Source of the DNA: a virus
Taxonomy: Duplodnaviria; Caudoviricetes
Strand: one strand, 5' to 3'
Length of the DNA: 64,000 nt
Virus record (IMG/VR): IMGVR_UViG_3300027744_000019
Span: 2,295 to 66,294 of that record
How positions within the stretch are numbered: the stretch's first letter is position 1; each line of letters starts with the position of its first letter. The position numbers and the translations under genes were made by a program. The notes under the pieces are model-generated. The model worked only from the letters and a program-made list of their open reading frames with translations. It was not told where the DNA came from and made no database searches. Positions 1-9,349 of the stretch are shown piece after piece.

Positions 1-1
1 T

Positions 2-3000
2 GAGTCATCTAACTTTTTATGTGCTACAACAGGAGCTACTATGCCTTCTTTTGGACCTGATCCTGTTGTCTTTAGGTATATTATAGGTGCTATTCAAATA
101 TTTTCAGATAAATGGATAATATACACAGCCGGACATAATGCTGGTGGAGTTGCTCTTATGTCTGAAATAGGTTTATTAGAAGAAGAAAGATGTATCTATA
201 GACCAATTGTTCAAGATTCTTGTCTTGGATTTGATAAAAGATTTTTAATTTCTGGTTCAGCAAGAGAAAGAGAAGATTGTTCTTGGCAAGTATATTGGGC
301 AGATGGTTTAAATCCAGATAGAATACTTAATGTTGGTGACCCACAAACATGGCCAGATTACTCATATCAATGGGAAGCTAATACTCTTATTAATCCTAAT
401 CAAGGATCTTATAATAATGCTATTAACTATTATGTTGACAATAATGGTAATAGACAACTATGGCCAGGTGTTGCATGGATTCAAGATTGTGATCCTTCTC
501 CAGCATGTCTTATTTGTAATGACACTAATGAATTAGACTGTGATGCAATAAGATTAGCTAGATTAGTAAATACCCCTTGTTTAAATGTTAAACTTGGAGA
601 AGCTGGAGGTAACTTAAGAAATGGTACTTATTTTGCTACAATTGCATATGCAATAAAAGGTCAAAGAGTAACTGATTATTTTTCTCCTAGCAATACACAA
701 CCTATTTATTTTCCAGATGATTTACAAGGAGCAATAACTATTGATATTGAAGCTGACACAGAAAATTTTGATGAATTTATATTAGTTGTTGTTCAAAATA
801 TTAATCAAGGAACAGTAGCAAAAGAAATTGGTATATACTCAACTAGAACAAATACAGTTGAATTAGATCAAATCAAAGATGAATTAATTACTGTTCCATT
901 AGAAATTATTCCAATAACTAATCCTGTATATGAAACATCAGACCAAATGACTGATGTTAACAATTACTTGTTAAGAGTTGGGCCAAGATCTAAATTTGAT
1001 TTTAATTATCAGCCTTTAGCAAATCTTATTAAAACTAAATGGGTATCTGTTGAATATCCTGCAAACTATTATACTAAGGGAGGTAATAAAGGAAGTTATT
1101 TAAGAGATGAGGTATATGCTTTCTTTATTCGTTGGGTGTATAATACAGGTGATAAATCTGCATCATATCATATTCCTGGAAGAATAGCAAAAGATTATAC
1201 CTATATTAGAAGCGGTTCTAATGTTCAAGTAACAGGGAATGAAAGAGATGAAGTTGTTCCTAATGGTATTCAAGACTTTAATACTCTTACATCTACAGAT
1301 CAATTATTTGAATCATATAATACAGCTAATTTAAATGGTAACCCAAATATTTTAAATACTATTTTACCAGATGGTGGGAAAGTTATTGCATCTGGAGAAA
1401 TGGGGTACTGGGAATCAACAGAAATATATCCAGACAATCAACCTGAAATTTGGAACTCTAGTCAATACTGTTGGACAGGATTAGATGGACACGCAGGTAT
1501 AATAGATCCTGTTATAGGAACAATTAGTTACTTTAATGACTTATGTGGTTTACCTATTAGACATCATAAATTTCCTGATAATTATCTAAGTCCTAACACA
1601 TTGCACTATGAACCTGCAGCAGGTCAAAATGATCCTAATCTTTTAAAGATTAGATTGATGGGTGTAATATTTGAAAATATACCATTACCAAAAGATAATG
1701 AAGGTAACGATATTCCAGGTATTGTAGGTTATGAAATCTTAAGAGGTTCAAGAGAAGGTAACCGAAGCATTATTGCTAAAGGTATGATTAATAACTTTAG
1801 AACTTATGAAATTAAAGGAGATGTGCAAAGAGATAGATTAGGCCTGTATGCTAACTATCCTTTTAATACAATTAAGTCTCCGCTAAATACTGGAACAGGT
1901 AGCCAACATAATACAGGTTTTAATGATCCATATATTAAAACATCTCCGTATCAACAGTCAGTACCTAAAGAAATTATAAGTTTCCATTCACCAGATACAA
2001 TGTTTAGGACTCCATTCTTAGAGTCTACTGAATTAAAATTATATGGTGCATTGTCTGGTTGGTCAGATCAAAGATTCCAAGAACCAAGTCAGCATCCTAA
2101 GTTCAAATTACTTAGTGACCTTACTATGACATTTGCTTTTGTAGCTGGTGTAGCGGAAGGTTTAGTTTCTATGCTTGGAAGTAAAAAGATTACTCAACCT
2201 GGTGCAAGTTATACTAGAATGTTTGGTCCTGATATAAGTGGTGGTGCTGCTGTTAATACAATTAATGGACCAAATGGACCTATACCAGGTACTATTGTAA
2301 CTACACCAAGTAATATTAATACTAATATTGATACTACCACTGAAGAATACACAAGTGCTGATCAAGGAACGGTTCAGACTGACCAAGTAGGTAACCCTGG
2401 AACACCATTACCAAACTCTTTCTTTGGTAAATTAGAAGCTTATTTTGATTTTGGCAGTATATTTACAAACACTTCTCAAGTTACAAATACTATTGAACCT
2501 ATTTTTGAAGACTTTAATTATAAAACTGGTTTTAAAAAAGGAGGGACTTTTACCGCACCTTCAATTGAAACTGATATTTCAGCTGCAGTATTCTTAGGAG
2601 GTGCCACAGGACAAGCTATATTAGCTGGTTTAGGTATAGCAAATAAATTTTTATATTACTTTGCTGAAGGTACTGATGTAGCTCTTCAAGCTATTTATGC
2701 ATTTATTAAATTTGATCAGTATGCATTACAAATGATATCACATGGATTATATGATTCATTTATATCTCCTATAAGTTTACAAACATCAATTGTAAATGGA
2801 CAAGTAGTTCAAGATGCTTATATAACAAGATTTAGAATTGGTGATGCTTTTTATATTAGAGATAATATTCAGGAAGTACAAACATTTGGACCACCAGCAT
2901 CTCAGAAAAGATATAGCATTAATAACTTAAAAAGATCTGATACAGTTACATTAAGAACTTTAACAGGTCCTTATGCTGTTCCTGGTTTTCCACAAGGTGC

Positions 3001-5482
3001 TGATGATGGTCCAAAATATATTCTTACTCCTGGCGGTATATATTATGATCAGTCTCTTGTAACATTATCTTATTTTGATAATGATGCTTCAGGACAAGGC
3101 AATGCTTGGGGTAATGCAGGAAATCCAAACTTTAAAAATAACATTGATACACCTTTCTCATTACCAATTGCAAGTCATTATGGTGCAATTAAAATAAGAA
3201 AAAGAAATCAGTATGGACAACTACAGTCAATTAAACAGATAACAATAACACCATGTGAACAAAAACTATCTGATTCTTATTATCCTTCACATACTACTAC
3301 TGAACAATATTTTTGCGCTGCTGATAGCTCAACATATTTTATTAAAAAAATTACAATGACTCCAGTGTTTTTTGGAGGTGACACATTTGTAAATAGATAT
3401 ACAGAAAAGAATACAATGTTCTTTTTCTATGATTGGTTATATAGTCAACCTGATGGTTTTGAATTTAACTATCTACTTAGGCAGATGATACCAGAACCAA
3501 GATTCTGGGTTAACTCTGCAGAGTATGATTTTGCAGAATTTTCAGATTTATTTGTTAACATATTTACACCAGGTAACAATCCTCCAGGTACGGGTTGGAA
3601 GCCAACTAATTTCTATAACATGGATTGTAATAACTATGATTATAGAGATGATTCAATTTTTAATTATCCTGGACTATTTAGACCAAAAGATTGTTATTTC
3701 TATTTAACTGCGTCAGCTGTAAGAGATTTCTTTGTTGAATCTGAAGTACTTGTAGATTTTAGAATTCAAGGTATTACTGATGCTGAAAAGCATTATGATC
3801 CATATAGATACACAGATCTAGATGCAATGTTTAATATGGACCCCCAAATTATTACAAGAGGTAATGAGTATAGATATGATTACTCATTAAGTATAACTAA
3901 AGCTTTTAGTCAGTATTTTTCTGCGGGTAATTTACAGAGTAGATATTATGATCCTTTTGTAGCACAATTATGTTATACTTACTATCCAGATAGAATCATT
4001 TATTCTTTACCACAACAACAAGAAGCTTTTAAAGATAGTTGGTCTGTATACTTAGTAAACAATTATAAAGAATTCAAGTCTCAGATTAGTGGTGTTAAAA
4101 GTGTAAATAAGAGTGGTATTATAATTACTTTTAAAAATGATAGTCCAATAATGTATCAAGGTGTTGATACACTACAAACAGATCTAGGTACTAAGATTAC
4201 TATTGGTGATGGTGGATTATTTAGTCAACCTGAACAATCTGTAGTTAACGCTGATAGAGCTTATGAATATGGTTCTTCTCAAAATAGATTATCAATACTT
4301 TCATCACCAGCTGGTATTTATTATATCTCACAAAACCAAGCTAAGATATTTGCATTTGGTCAAGGATTAAAAGAGATATCTCAGATTGGTCTTAAGTGGT
4401 GGTTTAATAATTTCTTACCTTATAAGTTAACTGAAGATTTTCCTGATTATCCATATCAAGATAATCCAGTTTCAGGTATTGGTTGTCAGTCATTGTATGA
4501 TAATGAGAACACTGTAATTTATTTTAGTAAAAAAGATTATAGACTTAAACCTGAATGGAAAAATAAAGTTGTTTATGTTCCATTAATTACTTTTGGTAGA
4601 AAGAAAGGACAAGGAGATTACTTCCAAATATTAAATCTTGACGGTAGTGTTCAACCAGGAATATATCAATTAGGGGATCCTATTTTATTTGAAGATGCTT
4701 CTTGGACTTTAAGCTTTGACCCTAAGAATGAACTATGGATTTCATTCCATGACTGGCATCCTAATTTATCTATTCCAACTAAGAATACTTTCCTTACTAC
4801 AAAAGGAAATACTATTTGGAAACATAATTCAGTATGTGATAATTTTTGTAATTTCTATGGTACTCAATATCCTTTTGAAATTGAGTTACCTATTACAACC
4901 GGACAAACGGTTACCACAATGAAGTCTGTAGAATATGTTCTTGAATGTTATAGAAGAAAAGCATTTAATTGTATTGATCAGTTTCATGTATTAGATTATA
5001 ACTTTGACAGAGCTGTTGTATATAATTCAGAACAAGCGTCTGGATATCTAAACCTTAATATTTTTCCTAAAAACAATGTAGTATTAAGCCAAACATATCC
5101 TCAGTTAAATCAATCTAACTTGTCTTCTTTTGATATTTTATTTAGTAAAGAAGAAAATAAATATAGATTTAATCAGTTCTGGGATATAACAAAAGACCGC
5201 GGAGAATTTCCAGTTGGTTCTGATTATCCACCTACTGGACCAGTAGTACCTGGAACTACAGTGCTTCAAGGTAATTATGATGAAAACATTCTTTGGAATA
5301 CATCATCTAATGGTTATATAAGAGAATTAAATCAAGGAAATCTAGACTATAATAAACCTCAATTACAAAGAAAGAAGTTTAGACACTACTTAAATTACTT
5401 GACCTTGATTAGAGAAAATAGTTCAGATACTAATATGATTTTAAAACTTGTAAATACTAAAAATCAAATATCTCTTAGATAA
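2..5482 (+). CDS. crAss-like tail stabilization (muzzle-type) protein, 5'-partial
   Basis: The frame is open from base 2 (ESSNFLCATTGAT precedes the annotated ATG at 41), so the gene starts left of the window. It is >1800 aa with motifs I recognise from crAss-like stabilization proteins (SYHIPGR, VFFGGDTFVNRY, DFFVESEV, YEYGSSQNR). It lies immediately before the cargo/RNAP block. Confidence 0.75.
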   Translation, partial: ESSNFLCATTGATMPSFGPDPVVFRYIIGAIQIFSDKWIIYTAGHNAGGVALMSEIGLLEEERCIYRPIVQDSCLGFDKRFLISGSAREREDCSWQVYWADGLNPDRILNVGDPQTWPDYSYQWEANTLINPNQGSYNNAINYYVDNNGNRQLWPGVAWIQDCDPSPACLICNDTNELDCDAIRLARLVNTPCLNVKLGEAGGNLRNGTYFATIAYAIKGQRVTDYFSPSNTQPIYFPDDLQGAITIDIEADTENFDEFILVVVQNINQGTVAKEIGIYSTRTNTVELDQIKDELITVPLEIIPITNPVYETSDQMTDVNNYLLRVGPRSKFDFNYQPLANLIKTKWVSVEYPANYYTKGGNKGSYLRDEVYAFFIRWVYNTGDKSASYHIPGRIAKDYTYIRSGSNVQVTGNERDEVVPNGIQDFNTLTSTDQLFESYNTANLNGNPNILNTILPDGGKVIASGEMGYWESTEIYPDNQPEIWNSSQYCWTGLDGHAGIIDPVIGTISYFNDLCGLPIRHHKFPDNYLSPNTLHYEPAAGQNDPNLLKIRLMGVIFENIPLPKDNEGNDIPGIVGYEILRGSREGNRSIIAKGMINNFRTYEIKGDVQRDRLGLYANYPFNTIKSPLNTGTGSQHNTGFNDPYIKTSPYQQSVPKEIISFHSPDTMFRTPFLESTELKLYGALSGWSDQRFQEPSQHPKFKLLSDLTMTFAFVAGVAEGLVSMLGSKKITQPGASYTRMFGPDISGGAAVNTINGPNGPIPGTIVTTPSNINTNIDTTTEEYTSADQGTVQTDQVGNPGTPLPNSFFGKLEAYFDFGSIFTNTSQVTNTIEPIFEDFNYKTGFKKGGTFTAPSIETDISAAVFLGGATGQAILAGLGIANKFLYYFAEGTDVALQAIYAFIKFDQYALQMISHGLYDSFISPISLQTSIVNGQVVQDAYITRFRIGDAFYIRDNIQEVQTFGPPASQKRYSINNLKRSDTVTLRTLTGPYAVPGFPQGADDGPKYILTPGGIYYDQSLVTLSYFDNDASGQGNAWGNAGNPNFKNNIDTPFSLPIASHYGAIKIRKRNQYGQLQSIKQITITPCEQKLSDSYYPSHTTTEQYFCAADSSTYFIKKITMTPVFFGGDTFVNRYTEKNTMFFFYDWLYSQPDGFEFNYLLRQMIPEPRFWVNSAEYDFAEFSDLFVNIFTPGNNPPGTGWKPTNFYNMDCNNYDYRDDSIFNYPGLFRPKDCYFYLTASAVRDFFVESEVLVDFRIQGITDAEKHYDPYRYTDLDAMFNMDPQIITRGNEYRYDYSLSITKAFSQYFSAGNLQSRYYDPFVAQLCYTYYPDRIIYSLPQQQEAFKDSWSVYLVNNYKEFKSQISGVKSVNKSGIIITFKNDSPIMYQGVDTLQTDLGTKITIGDGGLFSQPEQSVVNADRAYEYGSSQNRLSILSSPAGIYYISQNQAKIFAFGQGLKEISQIGLKWWFNNFLPYKLTEDFPDYPYQDNPVSGIGCQSLYDNENTVIYFSKKDYRLKPEWKNKVVYVPLITFGRKKGQGDYFQILNLDGSVQPGIYQLGDPILFEDASWTLSFDPKNELWISFHDWHPNLSIPTKNTFLTTKGNTIWKHNSVCDNFCNFYGTQYPFEIELPITTGQTVTTMKSVEYVLECYRRKAFNCIDQFHVLDYNFDRAVVYNSEQASGYLNLNIFPKNNVVLSQTYPQLNQSNLSSFDILFSKEENKYRFNQFWDITKDRGEFPVGSDYPPTGPVVPGTTVLQGNYDENILWNTSSNGYIRELNQGNLDYNKPQLQRKKFRHYLNYLTLIRENSSDTNMILKLVNTKNQISLR

Positions 5483-8400
5483 TGAAAAAGTTAAAAGTAG
5501 ATAAATCTAAGATTGCTGGCAAAGGATTGTTTACCACAGATACTTTTGAGCAAGGAGAAATGATTGGATTGGCACATGAGAATGACCAACCCAGTACTTT
5601 TATTGGTAAGTACCATAATCACTCTGATGAACCAAATGCAGTAAGTATTAAGCTTGGAAATAAAAGATATATAATGGCTAAGAGACCTCTCAAGAAAGGA
5701 GAGGAGATTACTACTAATTACAGACTACAACCAGAGTTAGAACAACCAGAAGATTTTGCAAAGGGAGGACTTGTAAAGATGCCAAAGCCTAGTAAGCAAG
5801 GTCTTGCATCTAAAAAGTTTTCTAAAAGCTTAGAAGCAACAAATAGATTATTTACTGAGAACTATTTATTTTCTAAACCTAAGTCTAAAAAGAATAAAGT
5901 ATTTGATCCAAATGCTAAATATGAAGACGGAGGATTTTTACCTATGGCTGAATATGGAATGCCTTTAGGTGCTGGAATATCTCAGAACTACCAAGGAAGA
6001 AGAAAGTTTATTCATCAGGATGGCGGAGTAATATCTCAAGAAGATATTGATGCTGCTAACAATGCTATGATGAAAGCAAGATTAGCATATGCAAACATGC
6101 ATGGTAATCCTGCTGCACAGAGAATGGTTGTTGCACCAGACCTACCTTATGACTTTGGCAATGGCATGACAGGCACACACTATATGGCATCTATGGATAA
6201 TTATGCAGTGCCACAAATTCAAGATATTGATGGTCAACTTATGCTTGGTGATTTTGGTCCTGAGTCTGCAGAAGCAATTAGATTTGACAATCCTGAAGAT
6301 GCAATGTATTTTGCAGAACACTATAAAGAAGTTACACCTGATGAATCTTATAGACAAGAAGAATATGCAACAGGTGGTGTAGCTTTTCCATTAGATCTCA
6401 ATCCAGAGACTATGAAAAAATATAGAGAGGTTCTTAAAGTTCAAGAAAATTCTCTTAAATCTGGATATAGAAAAGCTGAAGATAAATGGTATCCTCATAG
6501 AAGTCCTGAGGGTGGTGCGGATACAGTTGGATTTGGTCATAAACTTATAGGACCAGATGCAAATAAATACAATAAAGGCTTAACTACAAAAGAAGCTGAG
6601 AACTTACTTGATTCAGATATATTAAAACATCAAACTGTTGCTGAAAATCTAATAGATAAAAAATACGGTAAAGGTACATTTGACAGTCTTCCTCAGGATT
6701 CTCAAATGTTACTTGTAGATTATGCATATAATGGTGTATTAAATAGTTTTCCAACATTTACAGATGCACTTGTAAAAGGAGACAAACAAACTATGCTCAA
6801 AGAATATGAAAGGTTTGGAAACACTGGTCCATTGAAAGAAAGAAATGCTTGGACACAAGACACTATACTTAAGGGAAATTTTAATCCAACACCTAAAGCT
6901 TTACCAAAAAACAATACCTCTACATCATTACAAAATAATAAAGATAAATGGGGTAGGTCTCCAAATACTATTTGGTATGGATTTAATCCTGATACAAAAC
7001 AATATGAACAAGAAGGTTTAGATTGGGAAAAATATGGTGATCCAGGACCAGGAATTGGGGGACCGGGTGCAGGAGCATATATTACTCCCGGAGAAAGATT
7101 ATCAGATTATCAAAACAATAAGACTAAAAAACTTCAAGAAGGTGGTGATATTATATCTCAACAAGGTTGGGATTATATGAAAGAAGGTGACAAGTATTTA
7201 ACGAGAAGAGCTGGTGCACAAGATTGGATTGAAGCACAAGGTAAGCCTTTACAAGCCATTAAGCAAAATATATTTCAAGAGGCTTCTGCTTCAGTACCAG
7301 TTGCTCCAGTAACAACACAACCTATACAACCTACTACTCAACCCGCATCTGGAGATCCAAAAGTTTTAGAAATACAAACTAAGCTTAAAGAGGCAGGATA
7401 TGATTTAGGTAACTACGGTCCTAATAAAGATGGTATAGATGGTGTAATGGGTAATAGAACTAAACTTGCATATGATGCTTTTAAAGCCAATGTTCCACCA
7501 GAAGCAGTTAAAGTACCTAAGACAACTACAAAACCTACTTTAAATTATACTGTAAATAGAAATCTTCCAGAAGGCTATCTTCCTGTAATGCAAGGGTATG
7601 GACAAGAAATTTGCACTAAAGATAAGGGTTGTTCAGCCAATGTTAGTATAAAAATGGAAAACCTTTTGGGTAATCTTGCAGATGGATCATTATGGGCTAA
7701 TGACGCATGGTTTAATAAATCAGATATACTCAATAAAGGAGGAGACCTTGTTTATGATAGTAGTTCTAAAAACTATAAAGAAATGGGTAAAGTTCCAAAA
7801 GAAGTTTACTCTAAATTACAAGTAGGGGATTACGTACAACTTAATAGAACTGATACTGCATCTAGTGGTAAGTTTGCTGCACAAACCAAAGATGGATTAC
7901 AAAATGAACAGATAGAACATTTAGGTTTTGTTGTAGGTAAAGATAAAGACGGTACCCCATTGATATGGCATGGTTCTGAAACTGGTAAAGCTTTTATTAA
8001 AAGAATAGATGAGCCAATTACTTTAGATGATCATGATAAAAACATCTTTACATATAAAGTATCTTCTATTGTAAGATCACCTAATCTTAAAGATGTAGAC
8101 TTTTCTGGTCTTCAGAATTCTCCATACTATACTCCTGTTGATCCTAACAAAAAGTTAGTACCTAAGCAAGGAGCTACTGAAGTACAAACCCAAGCAACTA
8201 AAACATTTAATAATGCAGTAGGACAGTTTAAGAATTTAGGATACTCTCAAGATGATGCTAACTATGTTGGACAGATTCTTATTGGAGGGATTATGCAAAA
8301 TGAATCTGAGTCCGGAGAGTCATGGTCAAGATTACCAAAAGAAGCTGCAGCAACTGTAGTAAAAAATTATTTAGGATATGGTAACTTTGAAGGAGATGAA

Positions 8401-9291
8401 GCTAGTGTAGGTTATTATCAAATGAAACCTAACTACAACTTTAAAAATAAAGATGGTGCATTAAATCCATTAGGTAAAAAATTACAAAAGTTAGGTGTTG
8501 AAGTAGATGATATTACCAGTAACAATATTGATGCACAAACATTAGCAGGCACATTAATACTTCTTGATAACTATAAAAAACTAAAAGAAAATCCAGACTT
8601 TGATTCTAAGACTAATTTATATAAAGGTAAGATACCTGCATCTTATATTCTTGCAAAATCATGGCAATCAGGTTCAGGATGGGAGTCAAGAGAAAAGTAT
8701 CAGAAGTTTTTAAATGACTTAGATATAGACTATAGTGATAATGCTTTAAATTCAGCAGCAAATTTAATTGGTGTTACAGAAGGTAAATCTATTGATCCAG
8801 AATTAGCAAAACTTCAACAACAACAAGCAGCTATAAGAGCTAAGAAAGTTGAAGAAAATAGAAAGAAGGTTTTTGCAGAAGAACAAAAATATCAAACTGT
8901 AAAAGCTGACACTGCTAGAAAACTTCCTACAGTTGCGGAGTCTACAGCTATAAATCCAATTTATAACCAAAGAGGTCCTAAGTCTTTTGATGCTGCTTCA
9001 TATATAGCACAAGGTCCTAGCAAAACTATTTATACTTATGCTGGTAGACCTGGTGCAATGTATAAAAAAGATGACAAAGGAAACTGGTATATTAATCTTG
9101 GTTCACAAACAGGAAATCAATTTGTTAAGATAGAAGATAAAGATGGTAGTAGATCTGCAATATTAAATAAATCTGCAGTACCTAGCGCATCAAAAAAATA
9201 TAGTCAAGGTGGTGGTATATACATGGAACTAACAGATTCAGAAATTGAACAGTTTAGAAGAGGTGGTTATATTATTGAGGATCTGGATTAA
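5482..9291 (+). CDS. Multidomain virion protein: SET domain + lysozyme-like muramidase + PG-binding domain + NlpC/P60-like amidase + SLT-like transglycosylase
   Basis: SET: KSKIAGKGLF, YHNHSDEPN (5611-5637), EEITTNY. Lysozyme-like: HRSPEGGADTVGFGHK...LLVDYAYN (about 6420-6870). PG_binding_1-like: VLEIQTKLKEAGYDLG...GIDGVMGNRT (about 7360-7480). Cys/His pair: GCSANVS...IEHLGFVVG...WHG (about 7610-7980). SLT-like: IMQNES...SVGYYQMK (about 8290-8430). TAATG coupling to the upstream gene. Confidence 0.7.
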   Translation: MKKLKVDKSKIAGKGLFTTDTFEQGEMIGLAHENDQPSTFIGKYHNHSDEPNAVSIKLGNKRYIMAKRPLKKGEEITTNYRLQPELEQPEDFAKGGLVKMPKPSKQGLASKKFSKSLEATNRLFTENYLFSKPKSKKNKVFDPNAKYEDGGFLPMAEYGMPLGAGISQNYQGRRKFIHQDGGVISQEDIDAANNAMMKARLAYANMHGNPAAQRMVVAPDLPYDFGNGMTGTHYMASMDNYAVPQIQDIDGQLMLGDFGPESAEAIRFDNPEDAMYFAEHYKEVTPDESYRQEEYATGGVAFPLDLNPETMKKYREVLKVQENSLKSGYRKAEDKWYPHRSPEGGADTVGFGHKLIGPDANKYNKGLTTKEAENLLDSDILKHQTVAENLIDKKYGKGTFDSLPQDSQMLLVDYAYNGVLNSFPTFTDALVKGDKQTMLKEYERFGNTGPLKERNAWTQDTILKGNFNPTPKALPKNNTSTSLQNNKDKWGRSPNTIWYGFNPDTKQYEQEGLDWEKYGDPGPGIGGPGAGAYITPGERLSDYQNNKTKKLQEGGDIISQQGWDYMKEGDKYLTRRAGAQDWIEAQGKPLQAIKQNIFQEASASVPVAPVTTQPIQPTTQPASGDPKVLEIQTKLKEAGYDLGNYGPNKDGIDGVMGNRTKLAYDAFKANVPPEAVKVPKTTTKPTLNYTVNRNLPEGYLPVMQGYGQEICTKDKGCSANVSIKMENLLGNLADGSLWANDAWFNKSDILNKGGDLVYDSSSKNYKEMGKVPKEVYSKLQVGDYVQLNRTDTASSGKFAAQTKDGLQNEQIEHLGFVVGKDKDGTPLIWHGSETGKAFIKRIDEPITLDDHDKNIFTYKVSSIVRSPNLKDVDFSGLQNSPYYTPVDPNKKLVPKQGATEVQTQATKTFNNAVGQFKNLGYSQDDANYVGQILIGGIMQNESESGESWSRLPKEAAATVVKNYLGYGNFEGDEASVGYYQMKPNYNFKNKDGALNPLGKKLQKLGVEVDDITSNNIDAQTLAGTLILLDNYKKLKENPDFDSKTNLYKGKIPASYILAKSWQSGSGWESREKYQKFLNDLDIDYSDNALNSAANLIGVTEGKSIDPELAKLQQQQAAIRAKKVEENRKKVFAEEQKYQTVKADTARKLPTVAESTAINPIYNQRGPKSFDAASYIAQGPSKTIYTYAGRPGAMYKKDDKGNWYINLGSQTGNQFVKIEDKDGSRSAILNKSAVPSASKKYSQGGGIYMELTDSEIEQFRRGGYIIEDLD

Positions 9292-9293
9292 AC

Positions 9294-9340
9294 CTATAAA
9301 GTTTATAGCTTAAAATAAAATTTATTATATTTAGTATATA
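9294..9340 (+). promoter_or_regulatory. Putative late promoter (AAGTTTA-N20-TATATTTA) overlapping a 7-bp palindrome
   Basis: AAGTTTA at 9299-9305 and TATATTTA at 9326-9333, inside the palindrome CTATAAA-G-TTTATAG (9294-9308). The same two elements with the same spacing occur at 15240/15267. Confidence 0.55.
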
Positions 9341-9349
9341 CCCAACGTA

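Noticed and set aside
5482-5730. Eukaryotic or NCLDV contamination suggested by the SET domain
   Set aside because: The domain is in frame with phage muralytic domains, TAATG-coupled to the tail gene, and has the same composition as its surroundings.
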